Positions 31,283 to 42,300 of a stretch of 64,000 bases of DNA are shown here, piece by piece. The translations under genes were made by a program, and so were the position numbers. Below the pieces are notes generated by a model that did not search any database, had not been told where the DNA came from, and worked only from the letters and a program-made list of their open reading frames with translations. Origin of the DNA: Zygnema circumcarinatum SAG 698-1b (Eukaryota > Plantae > Zygnematophyceae); contig CM074814.1 of the NCBI GenBank assembly GCA_037447605.1, forward strand, positions 744,001 through 808,000. Reading direction: 5' to 3'. Numbering within the stretch: the first letter of the stretch is position 1; every line of letters starts with the position of its first letter.

Positions 31283-31714
31283 CTGCCATGATGCAACAAA
31301 CAATTCCTTATTGGTAAAAACCAAACATTCATATAAACTTTGATCCTCTACTTTTTGGGATTTCTAAGCCTTTCCAATTGAACTGCAACTTATTACGTAA
31401 CGCGAACAAGGGTAAGGCGTCTGGTAAGAAGACTGGCGACTGGCAAAATGAATGCACCTTCCCTTCCCTCGCCCCCTGCAAACTTTGCATAGGTCCCCTT
31501 GTACACCTGCAGGTTTCCGTTCAGGAATCCACCTCTGCCACGTCGGCATTTTGTTCCACGTGGCACGAACGGCGTGGCGTGTACGGCGGCACAAACTGCC
31601 TCCTGCCACCTTACAGGAAGCCCCATCCGTACTGTCACCCCTCCTTCCATCCGTACGCCTTCAGGGGCTGTACGGCGGCACGAACTCCCTCCTGCCACCT
31701 TACAGGAAGCCCCT

Positions 31715-34700
31715 TGTAGCACAAGATAAGTGGGGTTAAACAAAGACTGCTGAGCTAGCTGCAGGTGCTGTACGGCCACTCGCGTGTCCGTGCTGAAACT
31801 GACGTAGGGTTGGGGTGGTGCTGTGGGTCTGCCTGCAGCATAGAGCCAGGATCCGGGGGATTCAGAGGTACGCGCAGCGGAAGACGTAGGGATTCTGAAG
31901 ACGTTCCCACCGGCGGCTGGACTTGATGCGCAAAGAGCCCTTCCTTGGGGACCCTCCTCCCCTNNNNNNNNNNGAAAGCTGGGTGCAGGTATCACTGGCG
32001 GCAACAGTTCGTCCGTTGGCGCACCGAGAGCTGGACTCGGAGGAGCAGGAGGGGGAGTCTCGTCATCGGTATCAGAATTGGCCGATCCATGAGAAGAATG
32101 GGGGCTGCCGACCGAATGGTACATAGTGATCTCTCGGGTAGGGGCACGCAGCGATGGCGTGGCGCTTAAGGAAGCGGGAGGTGGTGAGGTTCGAGGATGA
32201 TGGGGAAAGGGCTGATGCATCCCGCCCGGCCCGAATGGGGAGATGCGATTGACATGTAGCAAAGTCGATTTGTGCTCCCCATGTGATGAGCCGTCCCCGA
32301 GCCCGGCCGGGATAGAATAGTGTTCGTGGTAGTGATGGCTGGCTACTTTGTGGCTCCCCATCTGCGCCAAGGCTGATGACCACATAGGCGTGCCCAATCC
32401 TTCATCAGCTCCCTTCAACTCCCACATGTCGGGGGTGGAGCCAAGAATGTCTTGTCAACGTAACCCCTGCCACCTTCATCCACGAGCTTAAGACGAGCTG
32501 TGCGCATAGCCCCGTCCAATAGAATGTGGCTTTCTTTGGGATGGCCAGTTGAGCCTTTAGTATTAATGATTACTTACGTTGATTATTGAGGGATCGGAAG
32601 GGAGGATCACGAATGGCGAGGAGGATGGCGGAGAAGCGGCCGGGTCAGGAGGCTGAGTAGCCATGTGGTGGACCTCGGTGGCGAGGGGCGTCCAGGAGGA
32701 GATGCCATAAGGCAGGTGGGAGGCAGGAGGTGGCCTGCTGCTTCCGTGTCGGCTAGCTTTTGAACTCTGTGACACACAGGTACAAAATTTTGCATCAAGC
32801 GTGACAAGGTAATGCGATCTTGTGCTGTCTCCCATGAGTTGATGAACCATCGTTGATGAGGATGAAACGAGTCTGTCGGGGGTGGTCGGCGATCGAGCGC
32901 TTGGGGTAAACGAGCTGCGAGGCGATGGGGTGGATTGGCGTGCATCTCTTGGTCCTTGGGAATGCTTGATGAAACTCTGGGCTAGCGCCCGTATGGCTCC
33001 TCTTCATTAAGTCGTCAATTTCCTCCTCGAGGCGAGGATCCGAAGGATGACGGGAGTGGAGGGAGGGATGGCTGAAGTTCTTGGGGCGAGGGGGTGGCGG
33101 CCGGTGGGCCGTGCCCAGCTTGGCGCGTTGACATTGGCGAGGGAGAATGGCGGGGATGAGAATGAGGATACGCTTAGGTTGTGGGGAGCTGCGAAGGCGA
33201 TTTACAATCACCGGCGATCAGGGCTTGACATCGGCTTGAAGTGATGGGGATTCGGACAAAGTAGGTTAAATCTTGTAACAACCTCGGCGATCGCGTGTCG
33301 GGCGGCGAGGCGGGCTTCGGCATATCGTTTGACGAGGGAGTCCATGGGGTCGCAGATGGATAGGTGGTGGATTCTTGAGGATGGTGTAAGCGGGTGAAGA
33401 AGGAGGAGGTGGGCGAGGCGAAAGAAGCCGGCGAACTCGGTGAATTAGGAGCAGCGGGAAGCATATCATGAAAGGTGATCTCGCGGGTGAGCTCCGCCCG
33501 GGCTGCCTCTCTTTCCTTTAGGGCCTTCTCACTTGAGAGTCTCCGCATGCACACACGGGCATCATGTCCCGTGATCTGGCAGAAGGTGCAGGTCCATGGT
33601 CCGCAACGCAGCCGCGGATTATGATTCAGGCCGCAGGCAAGACAGACGCCCTCCGGAACCCCTGCCTCTGTCATCCGACGGCGCAGATCGGCCCTGGCAG
33701 CTTCTCTCTCTTCGGGTGTGCGATCGGAATAAGGAGCCCGATATCCTGGACGAGAAACATCTGGTATGTGAGGATTCACCGCCGGCTCAATGGGATGCGC
33801 CGGATCATGAGGGTATGGGGAAAGGGGAAGGGGCTTGGTTGTGCTGGCTATGGCCAGAGGCTGCACCACAGGGGCTGTCCGGACGTCTTGAGCAGTGACG
33901 CCGGAGAAGGAAGGCTTGTTCCGAGTAGATGTAGCGTAGGGATCGAACAGCTGTTGATTCTGTGTCTTCAGGAACTGCTGGTAGAGTCGATCTTGTCGTG
34001 GATCTGTAGCGTTCATGTAATGTGGTCTTACATGTCGGTTGCCTCTCTTGATCCTTACAGATTAAGCTCACATACCTTCCCGTAACAATGCACGGGCATG
34101 TGAGTGAGTTGTCTCGCGACTCCACGATCGAGGTGGAGAATCCCCTTCTGCGCTGATGGCCTTGGGAACCCGCTGGAGCGCCGGAGAAAGAGTGAATAAG
34201 GATTCTCGATAAATTGTTGCCATGCGCACAAAGCGCTTCGATTAATTCAACGGCCCGGCTCATCCTTTGTAGCATTCTATATGCCCAGTCGGTCTAGCGA
34301 TGATAGGATCACGAAATCCAGCGTTGTGCAGCTTGCTTGAATGTGTCTCTTGTCGGAGTTGCGGGCGACATCGCCTTGTGCGGTTACAGGACAGCTTCGA
34401 TTGTGGCCTCCTTCCCGGCTCAGGCTAGCAGTCCATTGTGGTCCTCGCCAGTGCCGCTACTTGTGCCTTCTCCTCAAGGTGTCTCAGCCATGCTTCTGCA
34501 TCTTCCTGCTTGCCGGTGAAGCCTCTTGTGATGATGCCCGTGGTATCCCTCACCTCACTCTTTTCAGGAATCATTGCTATCAGTTTGGTAATCATCTCTT
34601 CCATCTTGCTGGGGAACTCAGATCTGACTCGTGTGCTTCTCTGCAGGTTGGTTCGAAAGCTGGAGGGTCCTTGCGATCGTCCTGCCCTTGCCCCTGAAGC

Positions 34701-36316
34701 CGCTCGCCTGGGGCTGCCGGATGGGTAAGTTGTGAATCTGGGAGGTGAGGGTGTGTCTTCGAGGAATGGCTAAATATACGGCAGAAGTTTGCGTCTTCGC
34801 TGTAGCATTAGCGAAGGACTCCTGGTCGCATTAGTTATCGTGAGATCTGCGTGGGTTTTGTCTGCAGGGGGCGCGGTGGGGACACGCTGAGGTTCAGCGG
34901 CACTCCTCTCTTCCACGGCATCGCTTGGCCCGTGGCGGCTTGACGGGCAGGCTGCAGTGATCATCGCGGCGTGCATCTTTGCCGGCGGTTTGTGGCCATC
35001 GGCTGCTGGGGCGGAGTCATTTTGCGGCTCTTGTCGACTTCGATCACGCTCAAGGTAAGCCCGGTAGGATAAGGGTTCTCGCCGGTGATGCCATCTTGAT
35101 TAAACCACATTGCCTCTTCCTCACGATGCGGGTAGTCACCAGTTCCGTCGCTTTTGTTCTTCTTCTTCTTGAGTGCCAAGTCTTCATCGAATACTTCATT
35201 GAAGATGTAGCAGCCACTACTGCTGCGGCCTCTTCATGCGTGGCGTAGCCGGGTCCACGGATCGTACTTTCAGCGTATCGGAATGCGTTGTCACCTCAAA
35301 ACCGGCGATACCAAGATAAGTAGGGTTAACAAAGACTCTTGAAATTTGAAGCTGCCAGTCTTTGTCTGACCACTTTCGGCGTGTCAAAAGTCTTTGGCTT
35401 ATTAAGGGTTGGGGTGAATGCTTTATTAGCACTGCGGCTTATAGAGCGAGATAGGGATTGAGAGAATACTGTAGCGTGAGCGTAGGGATTGAGCGTTCCC
35501 ACCATTCCAGACTTGATATCTTGTAACCTCCTTGAGGACCCTCCCTGTCCTCTCCTGAGCTAGTCTCTTAGCCTAGGCTTAGTGATCATTGGTCGTGAGA
35601 GAGGCAATGCAAGGCAGGATAGAGCAAGATAGGGGCTTGGCATAGTGGCTGTGGGGAAAGCAGGACACAACTTAGATAAAGGTGGTATTTTGGAAACTCA
35701 CCCGGCCGGCGGTTGGCTGGGAATGTCATGATGAAATTGTCTTCTCACTTTGAAATCTTTGTCTAACTGGGCTGAATGGGACGTCTAAATGCTATCAGCA
35801 AGAAGACTCTTTCTCTCTCTCTCTCTCTCTCTCTATCTATGGCATGGAACTCTCTCTCTCTCTCTCTCTCTTACTTAGCATCTGTTGCTGTAACTGAAGA
35901 GGAAGGAAAAGAAGAAAGAAGAACAAGACAACAAACCACACAGCAAATACAAATACTAAGCCCAGCACTAAAAGACAAAGAAGCATCACTGACATCCCAT
36001 CTACTTAACACTGACACTAGATCTTGAGTCTTAGCAGTGACAGTCTCCAATTGGCCAACTGCCCACTGAGAGGCCTGACTGACTACGTGGAGCCTTCGGA
36101 TAGGTCAATGAATGATAATCGGCGGCCTTAGGCGGTGTTCCCGAGTGCGCCTTGCTGGATGGTGTGCTGTTCCGTGGGCCGCCAACGCATGGCGCCGCCT
36201 TCTCTCAATCTCCGTTGGCAGCTCCTGGATTCCGTTGATCCGTGACACGGAAGAGGCATACGTCAAGTACAATTGAACGGACGCAAATCCGTCGAACGCA
36301 GCTCCGTTACGCTACA
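31715..36316 (-). mobile_element. Ty3/gypsy LTR retrotransposon copy 1 (5' LTR 36316-35314; 3' LTR remnant 31963-31715; most of pol lost in the gap at 31964-31973)
   Basis: Termini TGTAGC...GCTACA, CCCT TSD at 31711-31714 and 36317-36320 restoring the empty repeat unit, gag motif FTGKQEDAEAWL and CCHC knuckle CTFCQITGHDARVC. Confidence 0.9.
33174..35200 (-). pseudogene. gag of LTR retrotransposon copy 1, frameshifted as assembled, with zinc knuckle
   Basis: ORF 33174-34016 contains CLACGLNHNPRLRC and CTFCQITGHDARVC (CX2CX4HX4C); upstream fragments carry EDAEAWLRHLEEK. Confidence 0.75.
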
Positions 36317-36825
36317 CCCTTCCGTATGGTCGCCCTCCCTCAACCCGTACGCCTCCAGGGGCTGTACGGCGGCACGAACTCTCTCCTGCCACCTTACAGG
36401 AAGCCCTTTCCGTACGGCCACCCCTGCTCCCATCCGTACGCCTCCAGGGGCTGTACGCCTGTACGGCCTGCACTCTCTTACGTTGGTTTGTTTCAAATGC
36501 TTTCCTGTCAACGTGCCGCCCTCTCCGTGTTTCCCGGCGCCACGTATCCGGCGCAGGCGCCCCGCTTCCTTCGATCTGCCCCGAAAGGGCAGCCTCTGCA
36601 TGGCCACGTGGCGGCTCGCCGGGCAGCCTGGCGACGCTTCCAAGACGGTGGTCCTAGAAAAATGCTAGTTGGGAGGCGTCGCGTGTCCTCTGGACGTTAC
36701 GTGTCAAGCGGTGGACGCTCCTGGAGGGGCTCGTCACGTACGAAGTGCCAAGTGGCGGCACTGTTGAGAACAATAGGGGTACAGTATAGCCTAGAATAGT
36801 ACACTGTACGGTCCCTAAGCCATTA

Positions 36826-36958
36826 GGGGGTGTCAGACTTAACGAAATCTTACGAACAAAAAAGTTTTGTAAGTACTCCGCCGCACCAGGATTGCCTTGT
36901 CACCGAAGTACTCGTTCTGGTCTCAAACTTACGAACAATTTTTAAGTCTGACACCCCC
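36826..36958. mobile_element. 133-bp MITE, 17-bp TIR GGGGGTGTCAGACTTAA, TA flanks
   Basis: Perfect TIR at 36826-36842 and 36942-36958; TA at 36824-36825 and 36959-36960; a similar end gagggtgtcagacgtaa occurs near 58855. Confidence 0.85.
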
Positions 36959-37246
36959 TATTGTCGCAAGTCCTTCGCAGATTCGGTCACGGTCTGAACT
37001 GACAGATATGTTCCGTCGCGTAGTGGGAACACGGGGAGTCGAGATTGGCTACATGGTGTGTACGTAGCGCAAAGCGATAGGCTGCGCGTACAGCTTTTAG
37101 TACAGGCTACTCACGTTATAGTGACCGTGTCGGTCCCCACGTATTTCTGTCACTATATCCGTAATAACCCGTTTGTCGTTTCACATGTATAGGAGTGATA
37201 TATTTTGAACATATATAGTGACAATGTTATTACAGCTTTATGTGTA

Positions 37247-37801
37247 CAGTAGGACCCCGTCATATTTTCCACCTACATTTGGCAAATATCGGGCGAAAAT
37301 ATTGTATTTGGCAAATATAAGGTCCGTGTTACCAATAGGCGAGCGGAATTATGTTAGAGTTCATGTATGTTCGTACGTATCGTATCGTATCGTTTTATAT
37401 AATATCGCACCGCATCGTATCGTATCGTTTAAATGTGAGCCCGTAACGGCTACTACAGCTCGTACGGCTAGTACGGATAATACCGTATCGGAGAGTATCG
37501 TATCGTACTGTATCGCATCGAATCCAAGAAGAACGGGGAGAATAGCGAGCGCCTCTTACGGCGGCACGTGCGGGGAGATTAGGTGAGTTTTGCGTAAGCC
37601 CGTAACGGCTAGTACGGCTAGTACGGATAGTACGGATAGTACGGGTTTCAGGGTTTTAGGGTTTTAGGGTTTTGAGGGTACGGATAGTACGAATAGTACG
37701 GCTAACACAAGTTACCGTACACAAAGGTGGTTTCGGCAAAATGGGGGCGAATTTCTTGGGGACGCACTTTTGATGGTGGAAAATATGACGGGGTCCTACT
37801 G
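37247..37801. mobile_element. pogo-like MITE (555 bp), 27-bp TIR CAGTAGGACCCCGTCATATTTTCCACC, TA TSD
   Basis: Perfect TIR at 37247-37273 and 37775-37801; TA at 37245-37246 and 37802-37803; internal CGTAT and TACGG microrepeats. Confidence 0.9.
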
Positions 37802-37904
37802 TATCCGTACACCTTTGATACCGTACATTGTACTTTTTTGGGCAGTCGTCTCGTGGGTACAGTACAGTGGGGGGTCCTCGTATTTACCACCCCAAGGAGT
37901 GCGT

Positions 37905-38901
37905 TGTAGCGTAGTGGAGCTGCGCTCGACGGATCCGCTTCAGTTCAGTTGTACTTGACATATGCCTCTTCGGTGTCACGGACCGGCATAATCCAGGAGC
38001 TCCCGACGGAGAATTCGAGAAGGCGGCGCCATGAGTTGGCGGCCCACGGAACAGCACACCATCCAGCAAGGCGCACTCGGAAGCGCCGCATAATGCCGCC
38101 GATTGTCATTTGTTGACCTATCAGAAGGCTCCACGTAGTCAGTCAGGCCTCTCAGTGGGCAGTTGGCCAATCAGAGATTGTCACTGCTAAGACTCAGGAT
38201 CTACTGTCAGTGATAAGTAGATGGGATGTCAGTGATGCTAGTTTGTCTTTTAGTGCTGGGCTTAGTATTTGTATTTGCTGTGTGGTCTGTTGTCTTGTTC
38301 TTCTTTTTCTGCCTCTTCAGCTCCAGCAACAGATGCTAAGTAAGAGAGAGAGAGAGAGAGTTCCATTGCATAGAGAGAAAGAGAAAGAGTCTTCTTGCTG
38401 ATAGCATTTAGACATCCCATTCAGCCCAGCCAGACAAAGATTTCAGTGAGAAGACACTTTCATTGTAATGACGATCCCAATGTGTCGGCCAGGTACAGGG
38501 TGAGTTTCAAAAGCTGTAACCTTTATCTATATTTGAGTCCTATTTTTCCCTTCTTTGTCACTGTGCCAAGCTACCATCTTGTGATATCCTGCCTTACACT
38601 CCTCCCAATGACCGATGATAACTAGAAGTCTAGCGAAGAGAATAGCGAGAAAGAGGGGCCGAGGGAAGAGCCCCGGAAGAATGCTAGCATGAGAGTCCGG
38701 CCGCCCGGTAGAAGAACATCTTAGGGATCCCCTCGTCTTCCTTTCTGCAGCGTACTCATCCCCGGATCACGGCTCTATGCTGCGGCGAGACCCGCAGCGC
38801 CAACCCAACCCTTCGCCAGTTTTAAGCCGCGGGCGGTAGCGTACAGCATGCAACTAGCTTCAGCGGTCTCCCCTTAACCCCACTTATCTTGTGCTTTCAC
38901 A
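37905..38901 (+). mobile_element. Solo LTR (997 bp) of the same gypsy family with GCGT TSD
   Basis: Starts TGTAGCGTAG, ends cttatcttgtgctttcaca; GCGT at 37901-37904 and 38902-38905; homologous to both 5' LTRs. Confidence 0.9.
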
Positions 38902-39372
38902 GCGTCCTCAATATTTTACGCCCGGTACGAAACCACCTTTACAATACGGTAACTTGTATTGCCGTACTATCGTACTATGCTTGGCGAATTCTGAGCTTCA
39001 TAAAAACTCACCTAATATCGCTCGTGCAGCGTAAGAAGCTTCGCTCTTCTCCCGCTATACAGCTTCGATACGATACGATACGAACGTCGATGCGATACTA
39101 GGCGTCACGATACGGAGCGATATAGCGGTATTGTCCGTGCAGTATGCGAGCGAACAACAAGCGAGGAAAACTTCGTCTATGCGTCACGATATGTCGCGAT
39201 ACGTCACGATGCTAAATGAGTGCGATGCGATAGGTACGATATGAGTACGATGCGATAAATGCTGATCTAACATGAACTCTAACATAATATACGCGTGTGT
39301 AACACGAACATATATGCAAAATTTAGCCCAATAGCCTCATTTGCCGGAGCGAGGTGGAAAATATGAGACCCC

Positions 39373-42300
39373 GCAGCAGCGTAGCGGTACGCGTTACGAC
39401 GGATTTCGTCCGTTCAATTGTACTTGACGTATGCCTCTTCCGGGTGTCGCGGATCAGCGGAATCGGGGCGCCAGCGGAGATTGAGAGAAAGCGGCCATGC
39501 GTTGGCGGCCCACGGAACAGCACACCATCCAGCAAGGCGCACTCGGGAACACCGCCTAAGGCCGCCGATTATCATTCATTGACCTATCCGAAGGCTCCAC
39601 GTAGTCAGTCAGGCCTCTCAGTGGGCAGTTGGCCAATTGGAGACTGTCACTGCTAAGACTCAAGATCTAGTGTCAGTGTTAAGTAGATGGGATGTCAGTG
39701 ATGCTTCTTTGTCTTTTAGTGCTGTGCTTAGTATTTGTATTAGCTGTGTGGTTTGTTGTCTTGTTCTTCTTTCTTCTTTTCCTTCCTCTTGATTCTGACT
39801 GACAGTCTTTAAGTAAGAGAGAGAGAGAGAGAGAGTTCCATGCCATAGATAGAGAGAGAGAGAGAGAAAGAGTCTTCTTATGTGCTTTAGGCGTCCCATT
39901 CAGCCCAGTTAGACAAAGATTTCAGTGAGAAGACAATTTCATTGTATTCCCGACCAACCGGCCCGGTGAGTTCCCAAAATACCACCTTTATCTAAGTTGT
40001 GTCTGTTTTCCCTCTCTTTGTCCACTATGCCAAGCCCCTATCTTGCTCTATCCTGCCTTGCATTGCTCTCTCGATGACCAATAGTCACTAGAAGCCTGGG
40101 TAGGGCTAGTAGGAGGGGCGGGGAGGAGGGTCCCCCAGGAAGAACTCTTCTTTGGCATCAGGGCCAGCAGGGTGGGAGCGTCTTCCGAGAATCCCCTCGT
40201 CTTCATTGCTTGGCGATACCTCACGAATCCCGGATCCTGGCTCTACCTATCTTTGTGGCCCGGACCCACGACACCACCCGACCCTACGTGGGTTCGTACG
40301 GACGCGGTGGCCGTCACGGCCCTGCGGTAGCTGTGGGTCTTTGTTTAACCCACTTATCTTGGTATGCTGAAGGGTTTTGCGGATCAGCATTGCCTTGATA
40401 CATTGAGGCTCTGCGTCTGTGACCCGTGTCACGGCGCCATAAGATGAAGAGGCTGCGTAAGAGGAAGTTTCTTGAATCTTCGAGTATTGAGATGAACAGC
40501 ACCTCAAGAAGAAGAAAACGGCGTCCGAATCAGGGGACGGATTAGAGACTTCGAGGAAGGGAAGAGGCGGTCGAGGGGCTGAAGAGATGGGCATCACCGA
40601 AGGAGCCCTTATCCCAGTCACGGCTTACCTTGAAGCGGTCGAGTGATTGAAGCTGCGGCGACTCCGTCTGGCGGCTGATGGCCAACACAAACTCAGCGGT
40701 ATACCGCGCGCCCGCGTGATCAAGGCGGCAGCAGCACGCGCGGTCGGCTGTCACGGCGGCGGATGCCGTGAAGAGGGAGTGCGTTTGAACTGCGGTCCCA
40801 CGCGGCCCCGAAGACAAAACCCGGATCTCGGTCGGATAACTCTTGCACGAGGTCCCTTCAAGCAATGGCCGGCCTTGATCCTGAAGGCGGCGATTCCTCG
40901 AGCTACCCTCACCTCCAGAGCATTCACAACACCCATCCAGAGCAGCCAGGGCGGCGACGGGGGCAAGAGGCGGGGCGATCCCGCGGGGACCCTCGGCTTT
41001 AGCACCAACTGCGAGAGAAGCACGAAATTCAGTCGAGTTTCGGCAAGATGGAAGAGATGATGACCAAGCGTCATGATGATTCACGAAAGGTGAGGTGGGG
41101 ATACCACGGGCGTCATCACAAGGGCTTCACCGTGGCGGGGAAGATCTGAAGCATGGGTGAGACGCAGCCCAGAGGGAGAAGGCGTATAAGCGGGGCGAAG
41201 GACCAATGGATCAAGTAGCCCTTGGAATTTGGAAGAGAGGCCGTCAAGCTGGAAGCGTCCGTGCTTGGCACAAAGGCGGGATGTAGATGCGCAACTGACG
41301 AAGAGACACATTCAAAGCAAGCTTTTGGAACAGCGCTGGATTTGGTCAGATCAACGTACTGAACCGACTTACCGGCTACATAGAATCTTCTGATGATGGC
41401 GGCGAATTCGCGAGGCGCTTTGTCGCATAGCCAGAATCTGATCGAGAACTTACGACTTTTCGGGTCTCCGGTGGTTCCGCAAGGCCGCCAGTGAGAAGGA
41501 TCTCCACACAGATCGTGGTACGCGAGACAACCCACCGGCGAGGAGATGCGGGCATTTGTTAGGCGGCGGGAAGCGAACCGGAAAGGATCAGAGGCAGCGG
41601 CATATGCGACCACATTACATGGTAATACGGATCCACGACAAGATGCGACTCTACGGTGATTTCACGAAGACCGCGAATCGCGGTTGTTAGATCCACTACG
41701 CTACATCACTGGAGCAGTAGCTTCGCTAAACGTCCTTTGCTTTCGGGGCGTCCGGACGACCCAATGGTGCGACCTGCGGCCATAGCGGCCTGGCAAGCCC
41801 TTCCCCTTTCCCCAGCCACCCTCATGATGCGCATCCCATTGAGCGGTGAATCCTCACATACCAAGTGTTTCTGGTCAGGAATGCTCAGGGCTCCTTATTC
41901 CGGTCGCACACCCGAGAGGCTGCGAGGGCGGTCGGCCCGTCCGGATGGCTGAGGCGGGGGATTCCGGGAGGGCGTGCAATGCTTGCTGGCGGCTGAATCA
42001 TAATCAGCGCGTTGCGGACCATGGACTGCACCTTACGTGAATCCGCGGGACATGATGCGTGTGCGCGGAGACTCTCAAGTGAAGGCGAAAGGGAAAGAGA
42101 GGCGTGAAGGGAGCTCACTGCCGAGGAGATCACCTTCATGGATATGCTCCGGCTGCTCCGCACCAAAGAGCTCCGGCTTCCTTCGCCCAGCCTCCACCTC
42201 CCCTTCACGCTTACACCATCTACTGACGACCCAGCCTATCCATCACCCCATGGACTCCCCCCTCCTGTCAAGCGTGTTGGGTCTTGAGCCGCTCACTGGC

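Larger units (their letters stand above)
31581..36480. repeat. 89-bp tandem repeat, about 3.5 units, interrupted by the LTR retrotransposon at 31715-36316
   Basis: gtacggcggcac..caggaagcccc..ccatccgtacgcc..caggggct units start at 31581, 31670, 36364 and 36453; a partial unit also lies at 45399-45465. Confidence 0.85.

Noticed and set aside
31393-32427. 344-aa ORF as a host gene
   Set aside because: It runs across retroelement interior, an N gap, the LTR and the minisatellite; it is a chimeric reading frame
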